64,000 nt of DNA from Malacoraja senta. Lineage: Eukaryota. The stretch's first letter is position 1. Every line of letters starts with the position of its first letter. Where the stretch lies: positions 48,174,001-48,238,000 of the forward strand of contig CM075984.1 of NCBI GenBank assembly GCA_038087875.1. The letters run 5' to 3'. The notes under the pieces are model-generated. The model was not told the origin of the DNA. It did not search any database and worked only from the letters and a program-made list of their open reading frames with translations. This document shows positions 36,701-46,157 of the stretch, piece by piece. The position numbers and the translations under genes were made by a program.

Positions 36701-38381
36701 ATAAACTGCTGGAAGAACTCAGCAGTCAGCCAGCAGCTATTGGATTATGGGTCAATGACTGGAGTAGAGGGGAGATAGGTTGTAGAAAGAGATGAGGGGA
36801 AGAAGTTGGACAAGAGCTAATAATTGATAGTTTGGTTCGGGTGGAGAGAGGTGCTTGGCTGATGAGTCGAATGGGGGAGAGAAGGGTAGAGATAGCCAAA
36901 GTTGGAGATGATAAAGTGAAGAGGACAAAATAATGCAAATAGTGGAATCTGGTTGGGTCTCTGTTCTAGGAAGAAACAGAACCATGACATCTTCCTGAAG
37001 GGGAATGAAAGCAAAGATACAAGATACATTTATTTGTCACATGTGCCAGTTGGCACAGTGAAATGTGTGGTCACCATACAGCCATACAATAAAAATAAAG
37101 AACACAACACACTATAGAGTTCAACATAAAACATCCCCACACAGCAGAATCAAAGTTAGCCACTGTGAGGGAAGGCACCAAAGTCAGTCATCTTCCTCTA
37201 ATGTTCCCCAATGTTCACCCGTGGTCGGGGTCTCTCCGAGCCCGCCGCTACGGGCGGCCCGATGTTCAGGCCCACTCGCCGGGGTGATATAAGTCCGACG
37301 TCGGGGCTGGGGGACCTCAGCGGCCTGGACATCAGAGTCGGCCACCTCCTACCGGAGTCCGCGGCTCCCAAAGTCCGCAGGCCAAGCTGGGCGGAGATTC
37401 AACGCTGGCGGCCCTCTGTAAAGGGCCCCAGGACTCCGCGATGTTGTTCAGCACCGGCCGCGCTGGAAGCTCTCCCAAACCGCAGCTCCACGATGTTGGA
37501 GCAGCGGCCCAACGCTCCGGAGCTCCAAACGGCGATCCAGGTCGGCATCGCCCGCTCCGCGGTGAATTCAGCGCTGCGCCCCGGCTGTTGCAGCTCTGGT
37601 CCGGCCCCCGGCAGGAAAGGCTGCACCGATCCAGGTGGTAGGCCGCGAGGAGGGGGGCAAGGACGCGACTTGGAGAAATAGTCGCGTCCCCGCCAGGAAG
37701 CGACTGGGAAACGGTCTCCCCCTTACCCTACCCCCCTCCCCCACATAGAAAAGTTAAAGTTTCCCCCAAAAACAGACTTTAAACTAACTAAAAATAAATT
37801 AAAAAAAGATTGAAAAGACAAACAGGCTGTAGGCAGTGGCTGCCGTCAATGCGGCGCCCCTAGTGGCTTTGGGCTTTACAAAGGACTGAAGATCCATAGT
37901 AAAGCGAGGCAGTGAGGGCTAAGGATTTGGAAGTTGTTGATTGGATGGTCTGACATGTCTCAGATGTAGGAAGGGACTGGAGGGGGAGGACAACAAGATA
38001 GTCAAAGTATGAGGTGTATATTTGTCGGTTTGTGTCCCGGTTCTCTGGGATTTGGGGAAATGAGTGCTGTACAAAAGGTAAACAAACAATTGACATGAAT
38101 CTTGGTTGTTTGATTTCCATGCCTGGCTCACTGAAAGCAGATTCATTTGTTGCAGCTACAACGAGAGTTTCATGACATTTTTTTTGACAGTTTATTATTT
38201 CTTTCCTTAGGAACAGACCAGGAATGCCCAGTTTATCATCATTTCTTTGAGGAACAATATGTTTGAAATTGCTGATAGGTTGGTTGGAATCTACAAGACC
38301 CACAACACAACGAAGAGTGTTGCAACTAATCCCAAAATCATTGGTCTTCAAGCACTTCCCGAAGTAATGGGCACAGCTTAA
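618..38381 (+). CDS. SMC4: Structural maintenance of chromosomes protein 4 (condensin ATPase subunit); spliced gene span, 23 coding exons, 3894 nt / 1297 aa
   Basis: Exons joined with GT-AG sites and consistent phases: 618-759, 2210-2400, 2852-3043, 3957-4133, 13301-13465, 15077-15204, 15460-15600, 16704-16854, 22393-22557, 22959-23192, 24756-24941, 25042-25203, 25287-25512, 27145-27224, 27488-27640, 28682-28808, 29060-29249, 31204-31348, 32970-33143, 33801-33977, 34060-34292, 35806-35989, 38211-38381. Motifs: Walker A GPNGSGKS, Q-loop FLILQGEVE, hinge GRLGDLGAID...GTMTGGG, signature ISGGEKT, Walker B FMDEIDAALD. Confidence 0.98.
2210..2400 (+). CDS. SMC4: SMC4 coding exon 2 (PPPPPAMTNEPGAPRLMITHIVNQNFKSYA)
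   Basis: Conserved SMC4 N-terminal motif; tttag acceptor, AAG|GTAAAA donor. Confidence 0.93.
2852..3043 (+). CDS. SMC4: SMC4 coding exon 3 (Walker A)
   Basis: RFSCIIGPNGSGKSNVIDSMLFVFG; canonical splice sites. Confidence 0.97.
3957..4133 (+). CDS. SMC4: SMC4 coding exon 4
   Basis: EGDDFEVIPNS...GIDLDHNRFLILQ; donor CAG|GTAGGT. Confidence 0.96.
4245..4330 (+). ncRNA. MIR15B: miR-15b precursor (5p 4260-4281 UAGCAGCACAUCAUGGUUUGCA; 3p about 4299-4320)
   Basis: Mature miR-15b-type sequence with complementary arm CAAACCATTATTTGCTGCTTTA; intronic in SMC4, as known for the miR-15b/16-2 cluster. Confidence 0.96.
4435..4522 (+). ncRNA. MIR16-2: miR-16(-2) precursor (5p 4446-4467 UAGCAGCACGUAAAUAUUGGCG; 3p about 4492-4513)
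   Basis: Exact canonical miR-16-5p with star arm CCAATATTACTTGTGCTGCT; 186 nt downstream of the miR-15b 5p start. Confidence 0.97.
11590..11740 (+). mobile_element. tRNA-derived V-SINE (HE1-like), 5' part
   Basis: tRNA-like head followed by V-domain GTGTGAAGTTTGCATGTTCTCCCTGTG. Confidence 0.75.
12003..12243 (-). mobile_element. HE1-like SINE
   Basis: Reverse-complement tRNA head at about 12180-12243 and CR1-like 3' tail (GGAAACAGGCC) at about 12025. Confidence 0.75.
12064..12995 (+). repeat. 102-bp direct duplication (12064-12165 and 12894-12995, 1 mismatch)
   Basis: Direct comparison of the two copies. Confidence 0.9.
13301..13465 (+). CDS. SMC4: SMC4 coding exon 5
   Basis: GEVEQIAMMKPK...MLEYLEDIIG; ttgcag acceptor, AAG|GTACAT. 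Confidence 0.97.
15077..15204 (+). CDS. SMC4: SMC4 coding exon 6
   Basis: LNRVKIVEKEKDALEGEK; AT|GTATGT phase 2. Confidence 0.94.
15460..15600 (+). CDS. SMC4: SMC4 coding exon 7
   Basis: Open coiled-coil frame, phase 2/2, AA|GTAAGT. Confidence 0.9.
16704..16854 (+). CDS. SMC4: SMC4 coding exon 8
   Basis: FDLQDVKVQEKLKHSKSKEKKLQKQL; AAG|GTAAAG. Confidence 0.93.
17050..19405 (-). mobile_element. HE1-like SINE split by a DNA transposon (halves about 17050-17129 and 19205-19405)
   Basis: Halves rejoin as ...GTACACTAA|CGCTATCCTACACAC...; tail on the left, head on the right. Confidence 0.75.
17130..19204. mobile_element. Non-autonomous PIF/Harbinger-type DNA transposon
   Basis: About 46-bp TIRs (AACCCCTGTCTCACTGTGCGAG... 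/ ...CTCGCACAGTGAGACAGGGCTT, 4 mismatches); 3-bp TAA TSD at 17127-17129 and 19205-19207; repeated subterminal ACTCGTG/CACGAG motifs; no transposase ORF. Confidence 0.8.
19625..20694. mobile_element. Candidate non-autonomous TIR transposon (ISL2EU-like: GG termini, AT flanks) containing a CR1 3' fragment (about 20055-20205)
   Basis: GGTGTTTCCGTAAATA ... TATTTACAGAAACACC, 16-bp TIR with 1 mismatch, AT on both sides. Confidence 0.5.
21391..22290 (+). mobile_element. GC-rich interspersed repeat, possibly a Helitron/Helentron-associated non-autonomous element
   Basis: Starts ACTAGACCAAGTG...; internal G/C homopolymer tracts and short tandem repeats; ends near a (CA)n microsatellite; abrupt GC shift from the intron background. 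Confidence 0.4.
22393..22557 (+). CDS. SMC4: SMC4 coding exon 9
   Basis: VMESLKQETRGLQEDKE; phase 0/0. Confidence 0.92.
22959..23192 (+). CDS. SMC4: SMC4 coding exon 10
   Basis: ELMELSKAVNEARSKMDVAQSELDIYLSRH. Confidence 0.95.
23299..23523 (+). mobile_element. L2-clade LINE 3' end
   Basis: ORF2 C-terminus (FKSRLKTYLYSQAF*), GTAAAGCACTTTGG stem-loop, TATAAATAAA and (GACTT)n tail. Confidence 0.75.
24756..24941 (+). CDS. SMC4: SMC4 coding exon 11
   Basis: KVEEAKSS...VLEALMQQK...GIHGRL; TTG|GTAAGA. Confidence 0.95.
25042..25203 (+). CDS. SMC4: SMC4 coding exon 12 (hinge)
   Basis: GDLGAIDEKYDVAISSCC...ATFIALDK. Confidence 0.97.
25287..25512 (+). CDS. SMC4: SMC4 coding exon 13 (hinge)
   Basis: TPENIPRLFDLV...AFYFALRDTLVA...RVVTLQGQIIEQS. 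Confidence 0.97.
26262..26520 (-). mobile_element. CR1 LINE 3' fragment
   Basis: Reverse-complement CR1 3' UTR (GGCCATATGGCCCTTCGAGCC) and ORF2 end (GAGTGGTGAGTCTGTGGAATTCTCTGCC). Confidence 0.8.
27145..27224 (+). CDS. SMC4: SMC4 coding exon 14
   Basis: GTMTGGG...GRMGSS; GAG|GTAAGT. Confidence 0.95.
27488..27640 (+). CDS. SMC4: SMC4 coding exon 15
   Basis: REMKNTLEKYTASIQ; CAG|GTTTGT. Confidence 0.93.
28080..28428. mobile_element. Penelope-like-element-derived foldback repeat (two inverted pLTR-like units) with 14-bp TSD
   Basis: Arms 28084-28175 and 28294-28392 are inverted copies; AGATTAACAATTAA duplicated at 28066-28079 and 28429-28442; each arm holds a decayed CTGAAG..GGTC..GACCC.GAAACGT core. 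Confidence 0.7.
28682..28808 (+). CDS. SMC4: SMC4 coding exon 16
   Basis: LTEQEAHLTIQVKDFEANV; phase 0/1. Confidence 0.92.
29060..29249 (+). CDS. SMC4: SMC4 coding exon 17
   Basis: AGKIEAEVKRLH...KLKAQQDKLD...ITKAQVAIKTA. Confidence 0.95.
30286..30370 (+). mobile_element. Very short L2 3' tail insertion, same family as 23299-23523
   Basis: About 70 nt identical to the 23455-23523 tail. Confidence 0.75.
31204..31348 (+). CDS. SMC4: SMC4 coding exon 18
   Basis: Coiled-coil NFKKAEESV...; phase 2/0. Confidence 0.92.
32970..33143 (+). CDS. SMC4: SMC4 coding exon 19
   Basis: KLEQIDGHIAEHQSKLKFWQK; AAG|GTAAGG. Confidence 0.94.
33801..33977 (+). CDS. SMC4: SMC4 coding exon 20
   Basis: ISKLSLHP...NQIALLEA...MKPNLGSIAAYKKK. 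Confidence 0.93.
34060..34292 (+). CDS. SMC4: SMC4 coding exon 21
   Basis: LRKQRLNEFMAGF...LGGDAELELVDSLDPFSEGIMF. Confidence 0.97.
34604..35512 (-). mobile_element. Rex1/Babar-like non-LTR retrotransposon, 5'-truncated
   Basis: RT C-terminus KTKELIVD...FKFLGVHISEDLSW...KKAHQRLYFLRRL...FYRCTVESMLT; frameshifted; (TTGAC)n tail. Confidence 0.85.
35806..35989 (+). CDS. SMC4: SMC4 coding exon 22 (ABC signature, Walker B, D-loop)
   Basis: VRPPKKSWKKIFNISGGEKTLSSLALVFALH...FMDEIDAALDF. Confidence 0.97.
37012..37862 (-). mobile_element. CpG-rich non-autonomous retroposon-like repeat
   Basis: Minus-strand GTGACAAATAAA plus (GTATCTT)n tail at the left; sharply bounded GC/CpG-rich body; a related tail occurs at about 60030-60085 on +. 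Confidence 0.55.
38211..38381 (+). CDS. SMC4: SMC4 last coding exon with stop
   Basis: EQTRNAQFIIISLRNNMFE...GIYKT; TAA at 38379-38381. Confidence 0.96.
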   Translation, partial: EQTRNAQFIIISLRNNMFEIADRLVGIYKTHNTTKSVATNPKIIGLQALPEVMGTA

Positions 38382-38490
38382 GTCTTGGTGATAGAAATGG
38401 CATCAGCTTTTTTTTTTAAGACTTTTTAAAAATTTGTTTTAAATTTTGCCACCCTTATGTGGAATTCATTGCAACCTAAAGTAGTAGAGT

Positions 38491-38496
38491 AATAAA
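38491..38496 (+). terminator. Candidate SMC4 polyadenylation signal AATAAA (alternative ATTAAA at 38659)
   Basis: Hexamer about 110 nt after the stop, in an AT-rich UTR. Confidence 0.5.
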
Positions 38497-39218
38497 TCTT
38501 TATAAACAATGGACTTTAAAGTTGGTTTCTAAACTTCTCTTCAGGGTTAACTTCCCTTGAATTGCCCATCTGTGATCTTTAAATTTTGATATTGTATATA
38601 TTTTCTATTTGTGGAAAAGTACTATGTTTTAATGTTCTGTAGATAATTGTATTCTTATATTAAATCGCTTTCAAAAGCTTTTCACTGTTGGATGGTTGCT
38701 CTTTGACACATTTCACTGATCAGTTGCTGGGCAGCCAATAACAGTGATGCCATCCTCTCCAATTTATTCAACTCTGCTGTGGATAATGTGGGATGGAAGA
38801 ACATACTATTAAACATAAATGAGGTAGGAGAAATCCTGTTGGGTGGAACTGCAGCAAAATGAAAGTTTGGGTCAAAGGGATTGGGTGCCAGTACATTGCC
38901 TGGAATACCAAATATAATGATGAATACATAGAAAGTTAATTCTATAACGTGGAGGCTTATTCTTTGCATTTTGGCATTTGGTTTGTGCGTTTTCTGGGGG
39001 GGGGGGGGCATCATTTTTGGTGCCTGGATTCTATTTTATGGAGTTTGCTGTTGGTGAAAATCTTTCTTGGCTTGGGACATGGGGGAAAAAGATTTTCCTC
39101 ATAGTCCTAAATGGCCTACCCCTTATTCTTAAACTGACCCCTGGTTCTGGACTCCCCGTTCGGGAACATTTTTCCTGCATCTAGCCTGTCCAATAACTTA
39201 AGAATTTTATATGTTTCT

Positions 39219-39690
39219 CATAGAGTGATACAGTGCCCTTTGGCCCAACTTACCCAAACCGGCCAACAATGTTCCAGCTACACTAGACCCACTGGCCTGC
39301 GCTTGGACCATATCCCTCCAAACCAGTCCTATCTAACTGTCACTTAAACAATGGGATAGTCCCAGCCTCAACTACCTGCTCTGGCAGCTGGTTCCATACA
39401 CCCACCACCCTTTGTGGAAAAAGTTACCCCTCGGATTCCTATTAAATCTTTTCACCTTGAACCTATGCCCTCTGGTCCTCGATTCCCCTACTCTGGGCAA
39501 AAGACTCTGCATCCACCCGATCTTCCTCTAATGGTTTTGTACACCTCCATAAGATCCCCCCTCACCTTCCTGCGCTCCATGGAATACAGACCCAGCCTAC
39601 TCAACCTTTCACTATAGCTCACATCCTGTAGTCCTGGCAACATCCTCGTAAATCTTTTCTGAACCCTTTCAACTGCAACATGACCTTCCC
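39219..39690 (-). mobile_element. Second CR1-family 3' fragment nested in the large CR1
   Basis: Host sequence ...TATGTTTCT|ATAAGATCCC... is interrupted by an independent CR1 3' end. Confidence 0.7.
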
Positions 39691-41362
39691 ATAAGATCCC
39701 CTCTCATCCTGCTAAATTCCAGTCAATGCAAGCCCAGTCAACCCATTCTTTCATATGTCAGTCCTGCCATCCTGGAATTAACCTGGTGAACCTACGCTGC
39801 ACTCCTTCAATAGCAAGAATGTCCTTCCTCAAATTAGGGGACCAAAACTGCACATAATACTCCAGGTGTGGTCTCACTAGCGCCCTGTACAACTGCAGAA
39901 GGACCTCTTTGCTCCTATACTCGACTCTTGTTATAAAGGCCAACATGCCATTCGCTTTCTTCACTGCCTGCTGTGCTTTCATAGACTGAAGAACAAGGAC
40001 CCCCAGATCCCGCTGATCCCAACTTGACGCCATTTAGATAGTAATCTGCTTTCCTGTTTTTGATACCAAAGTGGATAACCTCACATTTATCCACATTAAA
40101 CTTCATCTGCCATGCATCTGCCCACTCCCCGCAACCTGTCCAAGTCACCCTGCATTCTCATAGCATCCTCCTCTGTTCACACTGCCACCCAGCTTTGTGT
40201 CATCTGCAATTTTGCTAATGTTACTTTGAATCCCTTCATCCAAATCATTGATGTGTATTGTAAATAGCTGCAGTCCCAGCACTGAGCCTTGCGGTACCCC
40301 ACTAGTCACTGCCTGCCAATCTGAAAGGGACCCGTTAATCCCCACTCTTTGTTTCCTGTCTGCCAACCAATTTTCTATCCATTGTCAGCACTCTACCCCA
40401 AATACCATGTGCCCTAATTTTGCCCACTAATCTCCTACGTGGGACCTTATCAAATGCTTTATGTAAGTCGAGGTACACTACATCCACTGGCTCTCCCTTG
40501 TCCATTTTCCTAGTTACATCCTCAACAAATTCCAGAAGATTACTCAAGCATGATTACCCCTTCGTAAATCCATGCTGACTCGGACCAATCCTGATACTGC
40601 TAACCAAATGTGCGGCTATTTCATCTTTTATAATTGACTCCAGCATCTTCCCCACCACCGACGTCAGGCTAACTGGTCTATAATTCCGTTTTCTCTCTCC
40701 CACCTTCCTTAAAAAGTGGGATAACATTAGCTACCCTACAGCCCACAGGAACTGATCCTGAGTCTATAGAACATTGGAAAATTATCACCAATGCATCCAC
40801 GATTTCTAGAGCCACTTCCTTAAGTACCCTGGGATGCAGACCATCAGGCCCTGGAGATTTATCAGCCTTCAGTCCCATCAGTCTACCCAACGCCATTTCC
40901 TGCCTAATGTGGATTTCCTTCAGTTTCTCCATCACCCCAGATACTTTGGCCACAACTATATCAGGAAGATTGTTTGTGTCCTCCCAAACCTTCACATACC
41001 TAAAGAAGCTTTGACTATCCTCCTTTATATTCTTGGCTAGCTTACCTTCGTACCTCATCTTTTCTCCCCGTATTGTCTTTTTAGTTATCTTCTGTTGCTC
41101 TTTAAACATTACACAATCCTCTTGCTTCTCGCTCATCTTTGCTACGTTGTACTTCTTCTTTAATTTTTATACTGTCCCTGACGTCCCTCGTCAGTCACGG
41201 TCGCCCCTTACTCCCCTTGGAATCTTTCTTCCTAGGAATGAACTGATCCTGCACCTTCTGTATTATTCCTAGAAACACCTGCCATTGTTGTTCCATTGTC
41301 ATCCCTCTTAGGGTATCTTTCCAGTCAACTTTGGCCAGCTTCTCCCTCATGGCCCCATAGTC

Positions 41363-41543
41363 TGAGTCCCTCACCATCTTCCAGACCCATCTCTTCACCT
41401 CTGCATACCCTTAGTCCCATGTTCCCCTCCCCTTTGTATCTCTGTCTTACTGCTCTATTTTATTTTGTTTATTCTTGACTCTCAATGTAAAGCGACTTTG
41501 AGTCCTGAAAAGCACTATATAAATAAAATGTATTATTATTATT
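41363..41543 (+). mobile_element. L2 3' fragment nested antisense in CR1 ORF2
   Basis: GTAAAGCGACTTTGAG...TATAAATAAA, (ATT)n tail; TSD ATAGTC at 41357-41362 and 41544-41549. Confidence 0.8.
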
Positions 41544-44500
41544 ATAGTCCCCTTTATTCAACTGTAACACTGACACCTCCGATCTACCCTTCTCCCTCTC
41601 CAATTGTAGATTAAACCTGACCATATTATGGTCACTACCTCCTAATGGCTCATTAACCTCGAGGTCCTTTATCAAATCCGGTTCATTACATAACACTAAA
41701 TCCAGAATTGCCTTCTCCCTGGTAGGCTCCAATACAAGCTGCTCTAAGAATCCATCACAAAGGCACTCTACAAAGTCCCTTTCTTGGGGTCCAGTACCAA
41801 CCTGATTTGCAGTCTACCTGCATGTTGAAATCTCCCATAACAACCACAGCATTACTTTTACTACATGCCAATTTTAACTCCTGATTCAACTTGCACCCTA
41901 TGTCCAGGCCACTGTTTGGGGGCCTGTAGTTAAGTCCCATTAGGGTCTTTTTATCCTTACAATTCTTTAGTTCTATCCATACTGACTCCACATCTCCTGT
42001 TTCAATGTCACCCCTTCCAAGGGACTGAATTTTATTCCTCACCAACAGAGCTACCCCACCCCCTCTGCCCACCTGTCTGTCTTTTCAATAGGAGGTATAC
42101 CCTTGGATATTCTGTTCCCAGCCCTGGCCCTCTTGCAGCCATGTCTCTGTAATTCCCACATCATATTTGCCAATTTCTAACAGCCTCAAGCTCGTCCACT
42201 TTATTTCTTATACTTCGCGCGTTCATATACAACACTTTGACCTCCGTATTCACATCCCCCCTCGCAACTGGCCCTGACCTTACTCTTTTATCCCTTCTCA
42301 AACTTTCCTTCCCATTAATTTGAGAATCTTTTGTAATTTTTCCTGTACTCACTTCCCCTTCAACTCCATCTTTATACTCCCAATATGTCAACCCCTCCCC
42401 CCCCCCCCCCCCCCACTATTTAGTTTAAACCCACACGTGTAGCCCTAGCAAACCTGCCTGCCAGAATGTCGGCCCCCCTCCAGTTAAGGTGTAACCCGTC
42501 CCTTTTGTACAGATCACCCCTACCCCAGAAGAGATCCCAGTGGTCTATAAATCTAAATCCTTGCTCCCTGCACCAGCCTCTCAGCCACACATTCAGATCC
42601 CCTATCTCCCTGTTCCTGTCCTCACTAGCACGAGGTACTGGAAGCAATCCAGAGATAACCACCCTAGAAGTCCTGCTTTTCAGTCTTCTTCCTAACTCTC
42701 CGAACTCACGTTGGAGAACCTCCTTCCCGATGTCGTTTGTGCCTACGTGCACAACTACTGCCGGCTGTTCACCTTCTCTCTCTCTCTCTCGAATGTTCAG
42801 AATTCAGCTCGTGACATCCTGAACCCTGGCACCAGGGAGGCAACAGACCATCCTCACGTCTCATCTGCCGCCACAGAATCTCCTGTCTGCTCCTCGGACA
42901 ATGGAGTCACCCACCACTATGGCTCTGCCGGATGCCGGTCGAGTCCCATCTCTAGGATTGGAGCCACCGACGTGTCCGCCGCTCGGACTGGAAGCATCGT
43001 CTCCCCCGACAGTTCCCAAGAGGGCGTACCTGTTTTCATTAGACACAGCCACCTGGGTCTCCTGCACTCCACGGTTACCACCCTTTCTCTGTCGCACACC
43101 TTTGTTCTTCCCGTATCCTCAGCGTGACTACCTCACTAGGTCCTGTCCAGGAAACTCTATAATGCTTATCCAGTGCCCCAACACGGTCCTTCAGGAGTTG
43201 AAGCTGGACGCACTTGCCACAGTTGTAGCAGCCAGAGATTGCATCCGTGTCCCTGGGCTTCCACATTCTGCAAGCATCACACTCTCATCTGTCCTGTCAT
43301 GTGTTCACCGCGTCCCGTCCTCTCCAGCTTTTTGCGTAGCCTCCTCGCCGAAGACTCTCAAGCCAGACTCACTTTACTCACAAGGCACTCTCGAGCCAAA
43401 GACTCACACTTCCCTCACACTGCCTCTCCCCAAGAGCAGCCTTGCTTATATTGACTGATAAATTGCCTAATTTACCAATTTACAAACCAAATTCCTCAAT
43501 TTTAAACTGTTTTTCCCGTGACTCACCTTTCCCACGGATTTCAGCCAATAAGCTCTTCTCCTTGCTTCTTTGATTGCTGCTTGTCCAAGATCCACGTAAG
43601 CGGGCGAACCCTTGCCGGGGGTCGCCAGAGAGGAGTGCTCCAATCGCTGGCCTGGTGACTGGCATCATGGGGCTGTGGTCTGCGGGGCTTCTTGCCGCGG
43701 GCGGGGCATGGACTTACCATCCGGAGCCTGGGATCCCTTGCCAGAGAAGAGCTCCGCCTGCGGCCTATAACATCCTGAAGCCGTGGTCTCCGGTAGAAAA
43801 GTGCCAATTAGGGCACTCCAAGCCACGGAGTGTTTGACCGTCCCACAAGAGGGCCTTTACATCGGGCCGTCCGTAGCGGCGACTACGGAGGGTTTATGGC
43901 CCCAATCACGGATGAACAAAGGAAGACGGACTGAACTTTGTTGCCTTCCACCACAGGGAAGAAACATAACCAGATATTAATCAACTGTCTTAGTTGCAGG
44001 AAATAGAAACTAGTTTTCCATGTGAGTAATGATACCTGAAGTAGTGGACAGTGAATGGACAGTGACCTGTTGTACTCTAAATACACTATGAGTCACTAAG
44101 ATCAGCTGTCACTATGGTCCTTGAACATTGCACTTACACATAAAAGCATCTTTACCTGAACCCCTTGTGTTCCTTTTATAAAGTACCACTAACCACTCTG
44201 TTCTCCAAAAGAGGACTTTACAAAAGGATACTTCAAAAAAAAAATCAAGGTAACCGAGGTGGGGAAAATAGGTTCCAGGACAAAAGACTGTGGTGGGTAT
44301 AAGTAGGAAGGCTAACGATGGCTTATCATCTGAAAGGGGAATAGAACACAAAAGTAGGTTATGCTTCGACAATAGGGCACTGGTAAGACATCTGGAGTAC
44401 TGTGCAGATTATTTAAAGAAATATATTAATGTGTTGAAAGTATTTTACAAGTTTTTTCTGAGGGCCATGAGTCTTCAAGGGGAGTGAAAACAGAATCTTC

Positions 44501-46103
44501 AAATATTTTTATGACAGATTCAATAGATTCTTCATAAGTACTTTGTTATGGGGGAGGAAATTTTATTGTGGGTTGATCTGGGGTTAGGGTTACAATCAAA
44601 TCAGCCATGAAGGTTTGAATGCTGAGTGGCCACCCTGCTAAGTCGTATGTTCACCTGTAACAACTGAGAAATATCAAGTATTTGCATGAAGACTTTTAAG
44701 AATTGATTATTTTCTAATTTGATTTTATTGCTGTTTGCTGTGCTAGTACATAACATATATTTAAATATCAAGTCAGTAATACCACAAGGTATATGGTTAT
44801 TGTGAAAAATAGACATTTGGTACAAATGATAACATAATTCAATTATGTATGCACATTTTCCATGTAAGCATGGTTTGAGTTTTTAAGTGAGTATTAACTT
44901 GTCAATACGTGTACACATTAGTCATCACAAGTAAAATTCTGCATATTATCAATGCTCTGCAATATTTGTATCCCAGCATGATTAGTGTTATTCTCCTTAA
45001 TTATCCTCCCCACCCTTCCCAAATACATACACAATATATTTTGGTTCTTCAAATCCAACTCAAGCTTTATGTAGACATCCATCCAGTTGTGAACCTGGGC
45101 ATTTTCAAAATGTGCAGTCTGCTTTTAAGTGCTCTTTTCTAGACCATACTTATCCCCACCTCCATCACCAAAATGTTTCCTACATAATGCTCTTTTTCAT
45201 TGGTAGTTGGGATGAACCTAGTGGGAATTGCAGTTTTAGAAGAAAGACTTGGATTTTTTTTCGGTTAAAAAATCAGTTGCACTTTCAATATTCCAGAAAG
45301 TCAATACATTGCAGAAGGTACTGATTATTTTAAGATAGTGATCTGTGGTTTAAAAAAAAATATTTGGCACCAAACAGTTGTTAATCATAAATAATACTTT
45401 CCATGTTGATTGGGATAAAATACTATTACTGTATCTATATTCTTATTCTTCAGGGAGGAAATATTTCCAGAGATGATCGGCAGCACATTTACTCACTTCA
45501 TCCAATGCAAATGTAGCTAATGAAAAGCAGTCTGAGTAGTTAATTAGTTTAACAGAAGAAATCTGTTTTTATTCATTTACTTCCTTTTGTCCCAATACCT
45601 GTCCGCATTATTTCTGAAACATTTCCTTCCTGGTTGCAGCTATTACTTACACATGAATAGATGTGAGCATCCACAGATAAAGCAAAAGTTTGCAACAAGA
45701 GTAGTTGTCTCTTGGAGAAGTTTCCAGCAATTTGGAATCTGTTCTTCGGAGTTTGGAAGCATAAGAATAAACACTGGTGGATCATGTTGCTTGCGGTTTG
45801 TGTCAAATGAAAACCATTCCAACCTAGTTTAGTGGATGCATTTGAGTTTGAAATATTCCTCTGCAGTAAGAATTTACCACATCTTGATTCCCTTATATTG
45901 TATTTATTCCTGGATGGTTTGTCACATAACATTCTTGCACTGCATTGTCCTTAATGTTAAATATCAAATTCCAGGTTTGCATTTATAGTTAAGAACCCTT
46001 CAAGTAGACAGGACAGGGGAAGTAGACTGATAAAACTGGCTCCATCTCCTGATGTACCAAAAATTCGGAGCAAGGTAAACATCTTTGGTGGGGAACAGTA
46101 ACA

Positions 46104-46157
46104 GGGAATGTGGTTCCGTGTAGTCTTAGAAAAAAGACTACATGGAACCACATTCCC
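46104..46157. repeat. 24-bp inverted repeat with 6-nt loop
   Basis: GGGAATGTGGTTCCGTGTAGTCTT-AGAAAA-AAGACTACATGGAACCACATTCCC, one G:T pair. Confidence 0.95.

Larger units (their letters stand above)
39085..43480 (-). mobile_element. Near full-length degenerate CR1 LINE (ORF1 zinc finger plus SGNH esterase; ORF2 APE-RT)
   Basis: ORF1 CGKCVQL, VGDSIVRG, HVGTND, DGLHLN; APE YMNARSI, GGGVALL, YRPP, MGDFN, SDH; [36 protein letters not shown]; many frameshifts and deletions. Confidence 0.93.

Noticed and set aside
37211-37681. 156-aa ORF and overlapping ORFs
   Set aside because: Stop-poor GC-rich repeat in an SMC4 intron
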